Of a stretch of 64,000 nucleotides of DNA, positions 11,645 to 24,722 are shown piece by piece. Position 1 is the first letter of the stretch. Each line of letters begins with the position of its first letter. Both the position numbers and the translations under genes were made by a program. The stretch is from contig OX597840.1 of NCBI GenBank assembly GCA_951406725.2, positions 34,596,001-34,660,000 on the forward strand, read 5' to 3'. Under the pieces are notes generated by a model. The model was not told the DNA's origin, made no database searches, and saw only the letters and a program-made list of their open reading frames with translations. The DNA is from Octopus vulgaris (lineage: Eukaryota).

Positions 11645-12041
11645 CTAGCAGTATTGCCCGGCGTTGCTCTGGTTTGTAAGGGAAATAACTATATAAGCAT
11701 TTTTAGAGAGTTATAGCCAAAAGATAGCAAAAAAATGCATTAAAAATGGGAAAAAAAATGATGGTAAATTTTTTTAAATCGTTGACTCATCGTAGACATT
11801 TTTAGAGAGTTACTTCCCTTATATAATAGCGAAAAAATGCATTAAAATGGAAAAAAATGATGGTAAATTTTTTTTTAAATCGTAGACTCATCGTAGACTC
11901 ACGCTAATACCCAGAAGGGTTTGATATGAATCACGACTATTAGATACCCGGTTTTGGCTAAACTGCACCGCAAAATGTGGGAGTAGTTAGGAATCTAAAT
12001 CGTAGGAGACAGGCACACAACCTTACTTTTATATATAAAGA
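11645..12041 (-). mobile_element. Non-autonomous Helitron
   Basis: On the minus strand it begins A|TCTTTATATATAAAAG and ends ..GAGCAACGCCGGGCAATACTGCTAG (subterminal hairpin + CTAG); it contains a ~100-bp internal duplication. Confidence 0.8.
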
Positions 12042-13299
12042 TATATAATGGGGATTTTTATTTTCTCTCCTGTATTATGAAATTCTGTGCAGTTCTGAGA
12101 TGGCATTGCATACCTTACAGCTAGCTGTATCATGAAATCTATTTGGTGAATAATGAAGAGATAAAAATAAGGATTGAAGGCAAATGACATTTTATCAGTA
12201 AACATTCTGTTTATTATTCATTTCTACCAACCTCTTTCAAAAAAATATACCCAGAGTTTCTAGTGGGACTGAATTCCACCTTAACTAACTTAGCCTCTCT
12301 TAATTTGCCTGTCATTCCTATTTGTTCGCCTCTCCACTCCTCCCCCTGTGTTTTATTAGCATTTTCCTCATTCATTTTCATATTCTCCCACAATAAACAC
12401 CATCTTGTCATGATAAGAAGTGGTATGCATAAATTGTCGAACATTTACTAACTGAAACTGATTTTCTTTATAATAATTCAGTTCTAGCAGTATTAGGATA
12501 TAATTGGGTTGCAATTCTGTTTTCAAATCTAATAAAACACCCCAAGAAGTAAGGATTAGAAGCAAGTTGACATAAGCTAAATCGTTTGCGTTTATTTTTG
12601 AATAATACTTATGCTTGAGTGGTAGGTTTAGCATAGTAGCTAGGTGCACATTGACAATAACCACCAATGTATACAACACAATACTGTTGACCTGCAATTT
12701 TTCATTGATTAGTCATGTTTCAGGCTTTTGTTTTATGTCATGGCTTCAATAGAGAGAAAAAAAATATAAAGAAGTATGTAACTCTGTAAACCAGGAACTG
12801 GAACTTCTAAGGAAATTAGAAGCTGGTGTTTTGGTGGGTTTGTGAAGAGTATCTCGTTGACTTGTCAGCAGATACTGATGTTTGGCAGTGTTATCATCAA
12901 GTGAAACTTGTCTCCTTCTTCAAGTCATTTTGTCTAAACCCTGCTCTGGCTGTTAATCCTACTAATAACATTTGTGGCCCACCTGCTTTTGAGTTAGGCA
13001 TTCCCCTGCCACCTCAAATCCCTATGAATGGGAAGCAAGGACAGGACTGTTGAGTGCCATAGTTTTTGTTAACTCATAATGACAATTTATCGCTTCCATT
13101 GCTTCTATCTTTACCTTCACCAAATCGGTCATATTTGTTGTTAGACACAGGTAAATGAATTTCACAGTTGATGGTTATTGAATTCATATTGTATGTGTAT
13201 ATGTGTGTTTATATATATATATGCATATTAGGCGGCCAGCTGGCAGAAATGTTAGCACGCCGGGCAAAATGCGTAGCCATATTTCATCTGTCGTTACGT

Positions 13300-13518
13300 T
13301 CCCAGTTCTGAAAAAAATCGATAAATTCGACATGGGGTCGAGAATCAGAAACACAAACCACAGACTGTCTAGGGGACGCAACTCGACCGTTTTAACTCTC
13401 AAAAAAAATTTACCATAATTTTTTTCCATTTTTTTCTATTTTTTGGGCTATAACTCTCTAAAAATGCTTTATAGTTATTTCCCTTACAAACCCGAGCAAC
13501 GCCGGGCGATACTGCTAG
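13300..13518 (+). mobile_element. Helitron 3' portion (same family as 11645-12041, opposite orientation)
   Basis: Ends CCCGAGCAACGCCGGGCGATACTGCTAG|T; ~120 bp is the reverse complement of 11645-11775. Confidence 0.8.
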
Positions 13519-14876
13519 TCTACATATATATGTATACATGCATGTGTCTATGTATATATATATATGTATATGTATATGTACATATATGCATGTCTATATA
13601 TGCATATGAGTATATGTGTATATATATGTGTGTGTGTGTGTAATATATGTATATGCAAGAGAGAGAGAGAGAGAGAGTGATGAAAATAGATGTCGCATCA
13701 ATATGCATAGCACATGCATGTTTCCCTTTTGTGCAAAATTGCTGATTTTTTGCTGTGTACTCTTGTCTTCTTGTTTTTATTATTAGTTTTCTCTCCTCGT
13801 TTGTTCATTATCATCTGCTCTACAATACAAAACAATTATCTTCGTCATCTTTCCCAAATACCTTTGGGAATCTCTGCTTCCATTTTCAAGGCCTGAAATT
13901 GCATTCTTGTTCTAAATTTAAACTCACAAATATACCTAGTTCAAAGTAATTCTCCTCCTTTCTGCCGCTACATTTCTCATATTTCTTCATTCTTCCTGCT
14001 CTTTTTCACTTTTTAATCTAGTTCAGCAGTATCCTAGATTTTTGTTATTTTAGTAAAGGTGACCCTTTAAAATTCTTAGCTTTCTTCGCCACCAATGGGA
14101 TATCCCACTAAGCTGTTTCTTCCTATCTTCCACTGCTGCTTCTGTGTGTGTATATTCTACCTGCTTGCAATGACTCAGTTCTAAAATTAAATAGAAGTGT
14201 GTGTTCTGATAATGTATTAGGCAAGTTTGTCTATTTTTTCACACTACAATGATCAAATATATTTTATGATGATGATTATGATGGTGGTGGTAGCAGTCGT
14301 GATGGTGCTGGTGTGAGCAGTGGTACTTGTGGTGGTGGTGGTGGTGGTAGAAGCAGCAGCTGGGGGGGGGGAACAAAAAAAAAAAATGGTTCAGCCTTTT
14401 TTGTTGCTATATTTCGAACCAAAATAGATTGCCCTGCGAGTTTTGGTTCTGAAATGATAAAAGAATAGAAGCTGGATAGAAGCAAAACTACAACTTCTGG
14501 TCCCAGATTGGCACTGATTGGTCAGAACTGTGATGAGGGTGGATTTCAGTCATTCTAGATGTGACCATCCCATTTATATAATCTAGGTCTACAATATATA
14601 ATATCGTCTTTTTTTTCTCTTTAAGATAGGGTATGATTTGAAGGGATATTTGGCTGCTATTTCTGTCAGGTTGTGCACCTGGCCTCCATACTTACTATTT
14701 ATTTTATTTAAAGTGATTATAGGTTTCTGGGCACAAAACTATGACATTTAGTCTCAAAGTGATCTATTGGTTAATTAATTAAGATATGAAGTTATTAAAA
14801 TTTTGTTCATAAAATTTCATAAAATTATCATTTAGCTGGAAAAATTATTTTGCACCTGAGGCAAAATTTAAGTTAT

Positions 14877-15195
14877 GGTGCAGGCATGGCTGTGTGGTTA
14901 AGAAGCTCGCTTTGCAGCCACACAGTTCTGAGTTCAGTCTCTCTGCACTGCACTGTGGTAAATGTCTTCTACCATGGCTTGGACCAGCCAAGGCCTTGTG
15001 AGTGAATTTGGTACAAGGGAACCGGAAGCCTGTCATGTGTATGTGAGTTGGTTTGTGTTCCCATAACATAGCTGTTGGGCAAAAGAAATCAACAGAACAA
15101 ATACCAAGTTTAAAATATAAGTAGTGGGGTCAATTCAAAGTGGTGGTATCCCAGCATGGCCTCAGTCCAGTGACTGAGACAAGTAAGAGAAAAAG
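14877..15195 (+). mobile_element. SINE family B
   Basis: GGTGCAGGCATGGCTGTGTGGTTAAG head and CCAGCATGGCC..GACTGAGACAAGTAAGAG tail. Confidence 0.8.
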
Positions 15196-15259
15196 GTTAT
15201 CATATGTAAAATTTATTATTTCTATCATGGAAAGTTATAAATAATCCCCGTTTATATAT

Positions 15260-15482
15260 ATTTCTTTACTACCCACAAGGGGCTAAACACAGAGGGGACA
15301 AACAAGGACAGACAAACGGATTAAGTCGATTACATCGACCCCAGTGCGAAACTGGTACTTGATTAATCAACCCCAAAATGATGAAAGGCAAAGTTGACCT
15401 CGGCGGAATTTGAGCTCAGAACGTAACGGCAGATGAAATACGGCTACACATTTTGCCTGGCGTGCTAATGATTCTGCCAGCT
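15260..15482 (-). mobile_element. SINE family A (near full length)
   Basis: Highly similar to 615-836; flanked by TCCCC(G/A)TTTATATA direct repeats. Confidence 0.85.
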
Positions 15483-15627
15483 CCCCATTTATATAATTAA
15501 TGCATTCTGGCAGAATGTCTCCTCAAATATATTTTCGGTAGAATATCCATTGAGAATTGGTTTTTTTTGCCTACTGTCAACATTCCTTGCACACTCTATT
15601 CCTACCCTCAACTTTTTTTATCATTAA

Positions 15628-15821
15628 CCCTTTAGCATACAAATTAATCTGTCAAACGAAATTAATCATACATTATCTCATAGCTTCAAGATTCTGATGA
15701 TGTGATTGTTTGTTTTTAGAATGACATGGTAGGGTAGATGTGAGAGGCCAGATGTGGCTGGCCTGAGCATAAAATGAGTAAAGTACTTGGGCCGGGTATG
15801 GTCAGTTTAAATGCTAAAGGG
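15628..15821. mobile_element. TTAA-type (piggyBac-like) MITE
   Basis: TTAA|CCCTTTAGCAT ... ATGCTAAAGGG|TTAC terminal inverted repeats. Confidence 0.75.
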
Positions 15822-15897
15822 TTACAGAGCTACACTGAATTTAGAAGGACCCTTCTCTTGAATATTAATTTTTTTCCCCCTGTTTCCTTCTTTTTTT

Positions 15898-16225
15898 TTT
15901 ATTGTCTACTTGTTTCAGTCATTAGACTGTGGCCATACTGGGGCACCATCTTAAAAGGTTTCAGTCAAACAGGTTGACCCCAGTATTAGTTTTTTAAGTC
16001 TGGTATTTGTTCTGACAGTCTCTCTTGTCGAACTGTTAGGTTACATGGACATAAACAAACCGACACTAGTTGTCAAGCAGTGGTGGTGGGAAGACAGACA
16101 CAAAAACACACACACACACACACATATATATATGATGGGCTTCTACACAGTTTCCATTTACCAAAGTCACTCACAAGGCATTGGTTGGCCTGGGGCTATA
16201 GCAGAAAACGCATATCCAAGGTGCT
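15898..16225 (-). mobile_element. SINE family B, antisense
   Basis: TACTTGTTTCAGTCATT..CACAAGGCATTGGTTGGCCTGGGGCTATAGCAGAA is the reverse complement of the family B body. Confidence 0.75.
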
Positions 16226-17498
16226 TTAAACAGAATTGAAATAACTGTTCATGTTGCTAATGATTACATCGCTTTGGACAGATGACATCACAGAATGACC
16301 CCTACAGACACTGTTGCTAGCTAGACTAAAAGAAAGATAGCCTCAGTGGTGTGCTTTTTGGGATACTTTTGTCTACTTGGTGACATATAATTGGTAGGGG
16401 TAAACAACAAGTCTTTACAACCTATGTCCACTTCTATCCTATCCATATTTGCTTAATCCCATTTAGGGAAACAATCTTGTGCTGGTGCCATGATTGAATG
16501 CATCCAGTACACTTTGTAACCTGGTTGGCCAATAAGCAGTGGTAACACGAGGCAGAAAGGTGAGAAGACAAAGTTCTTGCTGCCCCAACTCAGGTGAAGC
16601 ATAAAAGCTAAGGGGTGAAACGCTTGCAGTGGGGTTAGAAAAAAAGCTTGCAATACCCCTGAGTTCACTTGGGGTGAAGCATCTCTGATGTTTATTTCAT
16701 CATCTTCCCAACGCTATCTTCCTCGCCCATAAACACCATCTCGCTAACAGATCCGTTATTACGCCCCCTCCTCCCATCTCAGCCTTGAAACGTGTCAATT
16801 AAAAACTGAACAGGTGTAAAATATCTGTGACTGCTGCTTCGGTCTCTTAGTATTGTTTTGCACTTGGCAGAAGTGCATGTTTTTTGTTTTTATTAATTAA
16901 CATAATTGCTGCGTGAATATCCTTCTCTGCTATTTAAGCACGATGAATAGATTGCTTATATTGTTTTGTTGTTTTTTGTTTTTACTAGGCCCAAAAGTTG
17001 TTTTTTTTTTATTTTGCTGGAATGAATATAAGATGTTCATACATTTTTTTCAAAAAATAAAAAAAGTACAAGAAAAGCATCAGAAAAGTGAACTTGTGTC
17101 AATTGAAAATACATACCAGATGCTTATGTCCCTGATAATTGCAAAAGCGTTTTCTAATATTGCCTTATTAGCTCTCTATTTCCTCATTTTAGATTAGCGC
17201 CATAACTTGCTGTATAAAATTACAGCTTAGTTTATTAAATATGGTTTCAAATAAAAAAAGGAAATTGAGAGAGAGAGCCTTTGTGCAGTTATTTGACCTG
17301 CTTCAAGTTATTAGCTCTTAGTAATAAGTATACGAGGGCAAGAACTAAACTCCTGCAGAGACCACAATACAGTTTAGATTAAATTTCAACAGTTTTGCAA
17401 AAGCACAAATGGAACAGCTTGCCATATAAAGGCCTTTGTGCCTTGTGAAAAGAAATCCTTATTGAACAATAGGACTGTAGACAGGGGCATGGTTACAC

Positions 17499-17850
17499 AG
17501 GTGCAGGTAAGGATGTGTAGTTAAGAAGCTCACTTGGCAACCATGTGGTTTTGGGTTCAGTCCTACTGCAGGGCGCCATGGGCAAGTGTCTTCTACTATA
17601 GGCCTGAGTTGAGCAATGTCTTGTGAATGGATTTTGTAGACAGAAACTACATGGAAGCCTGGTGTGTGTATGTGTGAGTGTGTCCTCCTTCATTACTGAC
17701 AACCAGTGTTGGTTTGTTTACATCCCTGTAACTTGCAGTTTGGCAAAAGAGTGCCGGGGGTTGATTTGTTCAGCTAAACCCTTTGAGGTGGTGCACCAGC
17801 ATGGCCACAGCCCTGTGACTGAAACAAGCAAAAGAAAAAAGATAAAAAAG
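17499..17850 (+). mobile_element. SINE family B
   Basis: Head, GGCAAGTGTCTTCTACTATAG core and GACTGAAACAAGCAAAAG tail. Confidence 0.8.
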
Positions 17851-18557
17851 ATGAAACATATCACAACTTTTATATTGAAAATTAATTATAAAAAAGAGAA
17901 ACAAATGTTTTTAAATTCCTTCTAATTTCACATATTTTCTTTTCTTTTTTTTTGTAACTTTCTTTCAAGATTGGAGATCAATAAAAAGTAAGAATCTCCA
18001 ACTTATTTCACTGTTAGGTTTGTAACCGACGGGAACCTGGTTTACATAGATAACACCAACGTGCTTTTTCAGTTGTTTGTTCAGCTCTGATTCAAGAGGT
18101 TAATGATCAAAGCATTCCAGCAATGACCTTCTCCCCCCATCCCCCGCCTTTCAAACATAGTAAAATCTCAGACACATTATTTAATGTACCCATTTTTTTT
18201 TTAAGATAGAGCATGTGATATAATGAAGATTTGGTTGTTATTTCTAACTGGCAGAATTACCACACGGAATTCCTTTGTGGCTCTTGTCTATTTTCTATAC
18301 TTTTTATCTTTTGTCTTTCATTGGACTGTGGCCATGCTACAGCACCACTCTGAAGGGTTTCATCAAAAAATCAGCCCCAGTACTCCTTTTTATTTCTTTT
18401 TTTTTTTTGAAACCTTGATCTTATTCTGTTGATCTCTTTTTGCTGAACTGCTATGCTATAGTGGCATAGACCAATACCAGTTGACAAACGGTGGTGAGGA
18501 ACACACACACACACACACACACACGAGAGAGCCACAAGGAGACTTCTAAACCATGCC

Positions 18558-18562
<5 letters not shown>

Positions 18563-18652
<90 letters not shown>

Positions 18653-18815
18653 TATACATATATATACACATATATATACATATATATACACATATATATA
18701 CATATATATACATATATACATATACATATATATACATATACATATATATATATACACATATATATACATATATATATATACATATATATATATACACACA
18801 CATATATATATATAT
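18563..18815. repeat. (TA)n/(TACA)n compound microsatellite
   Basis: Direct reading; source of the spurious YI-repeat ORFs. Confidence 0.95.
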
Positions 18816-20083
18816 CAGTTGGTTTGTGTGTTTTTTTAGTCCAATTGTTGTTGTAGTTGTTTAGCAGACTTACAATCAAAGACGTTCCATCCTTGACCAT
18901 TCCCTCTTTTTCAGTATTGAAGATTCAGATGCTATTTTTTCTGTTGAATCGTTTAACCTGCTGATACCCACAAAAGAGATGCGGTTGCTATTTGTTGCTG
19001 GTAAATATACTGGGTTAAGGAGGGGGGGAAGCTGTACTCCATCACCTCTTTTTTCCCTCCTCAAAATGAAAGAGTACTTGCAATTAGGAAAGAAATCTAA
19101 AACCTGAAAATAAAGCTATCGAAGAAAATATTAATTACAATAACAATAATAATAGCAGCAGCAGCAGCAGTTGCTGTGTGAGCGAGTGTATACGTGTGTG
19201 TGTGTGTGTGTGTGTGTGTAATAGAATATTCTTAGCTGAGAAAAAGAATGTCTGACTGGAATTTGCAATGTAAATTCTACTGTGACCTTGGTGATGATGA
19301 TGATGATGATGATGGTAGTAGGTATTATATGACACATGAAGGATATAAAGTGTACTGTGTATATATGTGTGTGTGTGTATGTATATATATGTGTGTGTGT
19401 ATATGTGTGTGTGTATGTATATGTGTGTGTGTATGTATATATTTATATACACATGCATGCACACACACACATGCACACACACACATTCAAAATACTATGA
19501 TGAGCAGCTGTAAAGTGAGAGGTAAGCTACCTTCCTCCCCCTCTGCTCCCCCTCCATGTGCTTGCTTCCCTGTTTGAAGCCAATTAACTTCACTTGAGGT
19601 GCTAATGCTCTTTAGAGAGATATGAATGTCACTTGGTCTATTTTCCCCTCTTTTATAAAAAAAAAACGTGGTCCTTTATATAATAATATTGACAAGGTTT
19701 GGAGGAAGATTTTTCAAGGAATGTCTGGGTGTTTTTTTTTTTTGTTAATATTTTTTTATTTTCATTAATGATATAAGAATTGGTGAGAAGTGAAAAATGG
19801 GCATCATTTTGAATTAATTACATCCTGCCTTTCATTCCTCTGGGATGGAACAAAATAAGTACTGTCATATGTGGCTTCGAATTCAAGCGACTCCTGCTCC
19901 CTTCCCTGCAAATTACTGCTCCGTATTCATTTAAAAATCAATATTAAGTCACTTTTGGGTGACTAATTTTCTTTCTTGATTTTGGAAAGTTAAACTAGTG
20001 GAAAGATGTTTATTTACAGAGCCGGGCAGGAAATTGTGCTGCCCCATAACCCAGGGGCTTGTAAATTGAAACTACTCTCTGAA

Positions 20084-20390
20084 GGCTCAGGTGTGGCTCT
20101 GTGATCTGGAAGATAGCTTCCCAACCATGTGGTCTTGGGTTCAATCCCACTGTGTGGCAACTTGGGCAAGCGTCTTCTACTATAGCCCTGAACTGATGAA
20201 TGCCTTCTGAGTGGATCTGGTAGGTGGAAACTGAAAGAAGCCTGTCATATATATATAGTTGTAAATTTTTATGTGTGCACACGCATGCACGTGTGTGTGT
20301 GTGTGTGTGTGTGTATACCCTTGTCTTGACATGGTTGTAAACAAGCATTGTTGTTTGTTGCCAATTATCTGTGAAAAGCATGTCTGACAT
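20084..20390 (+). mobile_element. SINE family B
   Basis: GGGTTCAATCCCACTGTGTGGCAACTTGGGCAAG..GGAAACTGAAAGAAGCC. Confidence 0.75.
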
Positions 20391-20728
20391 AGGTTTCGAC
20401 CCTTTGCTTGAGGAGACCTATTGAGTCAAGTACATCAACATCAAAAATCAATGGAAATTGTAGTTGTGATCCCTGTGCCGGTGGCACATAAAAAGCACCA
20501 TCCGAACGTGGCCGATGCCAGCGCCGCCTTGACTGGCTTCTGTGCCGGTGGCACGTAAAAAGCACCTACTACACTCACAGAGTGGTTGACGTTAGGAAGG
20601 GCATCCAGCTGTAGAAACTCTGCCAGATCAGACTGGAGCCTGGTGCAGCCTTCTGGCTTCCCAGATCCCGGTCGAACCGTCCAACCCATGCTAGTATGGA
20701 AAGCGGACATTAAACGATGATGATGATG
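20391..20728 (+). mobile_element. Retroposon family C copy with a longer 5' part
   Basis: Two GGCAC(A/G)TAAAAAGCACC units, the family C 3' end and a (GAT)n tail. Confidence 0.8.
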
Positions 20729-21613
20729 GCTTTAGTAGGCTCTCAGTTCCATGTTGTCTGCCTCTGCCATTAACATCAATCTGATGAAATGGTCTCTGTA
20801 CTCTTATTATGTTGTAGAACATCAGATGTAGGTCTGGTGTCTCGGTAGCAGTGGCCAGCAATAATAACTTAAGTAGGAAGTTTAAAGAGTTTAAAACATC
20901 AACTTGACTTCCCCCATTATTTCATTGAAAGAATCTGTCAGCACTTTAGATCTTGATCTATTATATCAATTTAGCATCTTTGGAATCTTAGACCTTGAAT
21001 TTATCTCATAATCCTTAAGGAATTTTATTAACACTCTTCTCAGATATTTAGACATCCAAAAATTAGGGCTCAACCAAAAATACTTGAAAAATTTGCTTTC
21101 AAAGTTGCTTTCTGTACTTTATCTATGCAGCCTTAACTTTTCTGCCCCAGGTGCCACTAATAGTTTGTCTGCTATACTTGACCATGACAAATCCTGTCAC
21201 CCTAATCCTCTCAAATTGTTGGTTTATCTTTTAAAATTATTTTTCAACTGTTCACTTAAAATCTTCAATTTTTCATGTTCAAAGTCTAATCTGACATTCC
21301 TATAATCTTTAGCAATTAATACTTTCTTTGTTATTTCTCAAAAAAATTTTTTATATGACCCCCCACCCCCATGGCCCCATGGGACTATTTCTACTTCTGG
21401 GATAAAATGTCCATATTAAAGTCTAAACCCTTCTTCATAATTAGGCACTTAACACCTTTGATTATATTTTATGTTCTATTCTAAATACCGAATGATAAAA
21501 GTCGTTACTTTACTAAATTCCTTCAGAAGGACTTTATATGTTTTCTTCAAAAAATTTAATTTATAATCTACTTTCTAATCTACTGTCTTTCATTTCACCA
21601 TAACCTTTATTAA

Positions 21614-21828
21614 CCCTTTAGAATTTAAACTGGCCATATCTGGCCCAAATATTCTTTCTACCTGCTTTATGTTCAGATCATCCACATCTGAACTCTCACA
21701 CCTGCCCTGCAATGTCCTTCTTAAAATAAATCACTTCACCTCAAAGCTATGAGACAATACATGAATAATTCAAAACAATGTGACTAAATAAGCATTACAT
21801 TTAATGGAGCAATCTGAATGTCAAAAGG
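21614..21828. mobile_element. TTAA-type MITE (same family as 15628, opposite orientation)
   Basis: TTAA|CCCTTTAGAAT ... AATGTCAAAAGG|TTAA; the internal sequence is the reverse complement of the 15628 copy. Confidence 0.7.
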
Positions 21829-24160
21829 TTAAAGAAACCTTTCTTATGTACAAAAAAACCCAAAAACTCACAAAATAGATGTTACATAAAATAATCTCTT
21901 GGATGGGAGTTGGTCTGACATTTTTACAAAGAGTGGAGTTGAATAAATTGTCCAGGGTATATGAGTGTTACTTACAGAAATGAGAGATAGTGTTGATCAA
22001 GGTGAGATTTTCAACTCCCAACATAGAGGGGCAGGACTAGAAACTTCCACTACCATTGCACTACTAAATCGTATGTAGGCTGGTATTTGATATCCTGCCC
22101 TGTTACACTAATGCACGTTTTTATTTTTAGATTTGATGGTTCCCCACTTACCTCCCTTAAACTTAACTCCCACTCGGGCAAAGCTTTGCTAAATTCTTGA
22201 GGTACCTTGGGATTGAGGAAATAAAAACAAACTTTGAAATTTTCTATGGACTGTCACAGACTCTAAAGGTGTATGTTGTAAAATACACTCTGGGTTTTGT
22301 AGATTTTTTTAATCCTTGGGACTACTTCTACTTCTGTGATAAAATGTCCATATTAAAGTTTAAACCTTTTTTCATAATTAAGCACTTAACACCTTTGATT
22401 ATATTTTATATTCTATTCTAAATACCTAATATCTGTCAAAAAAAAGAGAAATATTGTTTAAACTACTCCAGATATTTTAGAATAGTTGCTGGATTACATA
22501 ATGGATTAGGTAGCTAGACTAAGGTACCTAGGTAGCTAGATTAAGGTACCAGTCCATTCTGTTAGCATCTTTGTATTTTGCTGTCTAGAGATGATGACCA
22601 CCAAGTGAAGCTACAGCATAAAACCTCCACATGTTGTTGGGCTGACATCTAGTTTTCACAAAGAAATAGATTTTATTCTGAAATAATTTAATTTTATTCA
22701 TTAATCAGTGTTCTGAATATTAGGTTATCTCATAAAATCTAGGGTTTTTTTTTTCTTTTTGTTTTATTTTAATATCTATTTCTGTAAGCTGGCTGTTTAC
22801 ATGAACGGAATTATTTTTGCAGCTGTGTGTGCTTATTTCTGCTAACCTGTAAAACGTGGGAGTGGTGCCTGTTGTCAGCTTAGCAGACTGAAACAAATGA
22901 AAGACAAATATATATCTGGTATAAATTTTACACTCTTTACCACACGAGCAAGTCTGTAGCACCTTAACTTCAAGCATTCCACCTCATGTGATATTAAAGA
23001 CTACATACTGGAATGATAGAAATCTGCTTTAGTGGACATTTGGTTGGTTTTGCGACCATTAGGCCAGAGGAACTTCATGGAAGACTGATTTTTTTTTTCA
23101 TGTTGTGTTCATTTGGACAGCTTATTGTCAGCTAACACACTAACCATTGATCCTTCTGTAATTTCACTGAACAGTGGTCGCTGTTGTGCTCTGTGGTATG
23201 CTGGGCCTTTGAAAGTAGTTTTCTATGAGTGCTTTTCTCAACTTGCTAGAAACTGCAGCCAAGTCACCCTTGAATCATACCTTATGTAGCCTTTAAAAGA
23301 ATAGGTGCAATAGACACCTGATGTAGTGGCAAATACATTTAAATGCATGCACATACATGGCTTTTTTATTATGTTATTTTAATACTAACACCCCACTCTC
23401 TACTTGTGCCCACTCATTACATCCCCCTACCCAGCTTCCGCTCTCCTTTTGCAATCTTGTAAATCTACCCAATTGCCCTCCTTGGTTCACGTCATTATAT
23501 ACACCTCCCTGTAGCTTGGATGTACAATCTCTGCTCCTTCCTTGTCACATCTTCATATCTCTCTCTTCACTCACTCCTCTCTTTCCTCTCTCTCCATCTC
23601 CATCTCCTCTAGAGCAAAATACCTTTTTTTCTCCCTCAATACTTCTTTCCTCTCCCGTTGAGGTGTCTTGTCCTGCAAGTTACTTGGTGACCTCACTGCT
23701 GCTGGTGCCACATAATATGCACCCAGCACACTCTGTAAAGTGGTTGGCATTAGGAAGTGGAGCATCCAGCTATAGATTCAATGCCAAAAGCAGACAACAA
23801 AGCTTGGTGCTGTCTTCTGACTTGGCCAGCTCCTGCCAAACCGTCCAACTCTTCTTCTTGTCAGCATGGCAAACAAACGTTAAACAATGACGACTGAAGT
23901 GAGGAAAACATTGCCTTGTTGGAAAATTCAAACTTACCTCAAGATACAAATGCAACACACACACACATAACATACACAAAGGGTAAATCTTATTGAATAT
24001 GGATAAGGCTTCATTTCCTGTGGACAGCCGACTGGTTTGATTAGAGATCTGTTGATGCCTATGAAAGTCTGAGTAACAAGTGCCACCAACCGGCCACTTA
24101 CAAATATTGCATAAACTCTACATAATGCAGTGGTTGCACTTTTCTTTTCTTTGTATGTGT

Positions 24161-24237
<77 letters not shown>

Positions 24238-24314
24238 GCATGGATAATGACATAAAAAAAAGAAAAAGAAAAGCTGAGTACTCCACTAATTTCCAGGAAA
24301 TGAGTGTGTGTGTA

Positions 24315-24722
24315 TCATCTTTTACTTGTTTCAGTCATAGGACTATGGTCAAACTGGGGTACGGCCCTGAAGGGTTTTAGTTAAACAAACTAACCCCAGT
24401 ACTTGTTTTCTGTTTTAAAATCTGCTACTTATATTCTCAGCCTATTTCTTTGAACTGCTAAGTTACAGGGACATAAACAAACCAACAGTGGTTGTCAAGC
24501 GGTAGTGGTGGGGATGGCAGACACAGACACAAAGACACACACACATTTGCAAAATATAAATGATAAGCTTTTCCAGCTGCCAGATTTTCCCACAAGGTAT
24601 TGGTTGGCCTGGGGCTATAATAGAAGACACTTACGCAAGGTGCTGCTCAGTGGGACTGAACTTAAAACCATGTAGTTCCAAAATCAAAAGGAGCTTCTCA
24701 ACCACATAGCCATGCTTGAGCC
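24315..24722 (-). mobile_element. SINE family B, antisense, full length
   Basis: TTTTACTTGTTTCAGTCAT ... AGTGGGACTGAAC..AACCACATAGCCATGC. Confidence 0.8.

Noticed and set aside
12826-13053. Pro-rich 75-aa ORF in the long intron
   Set aside because: No acceptor that joins it in phase to exon 7258, and no recognisable homology.
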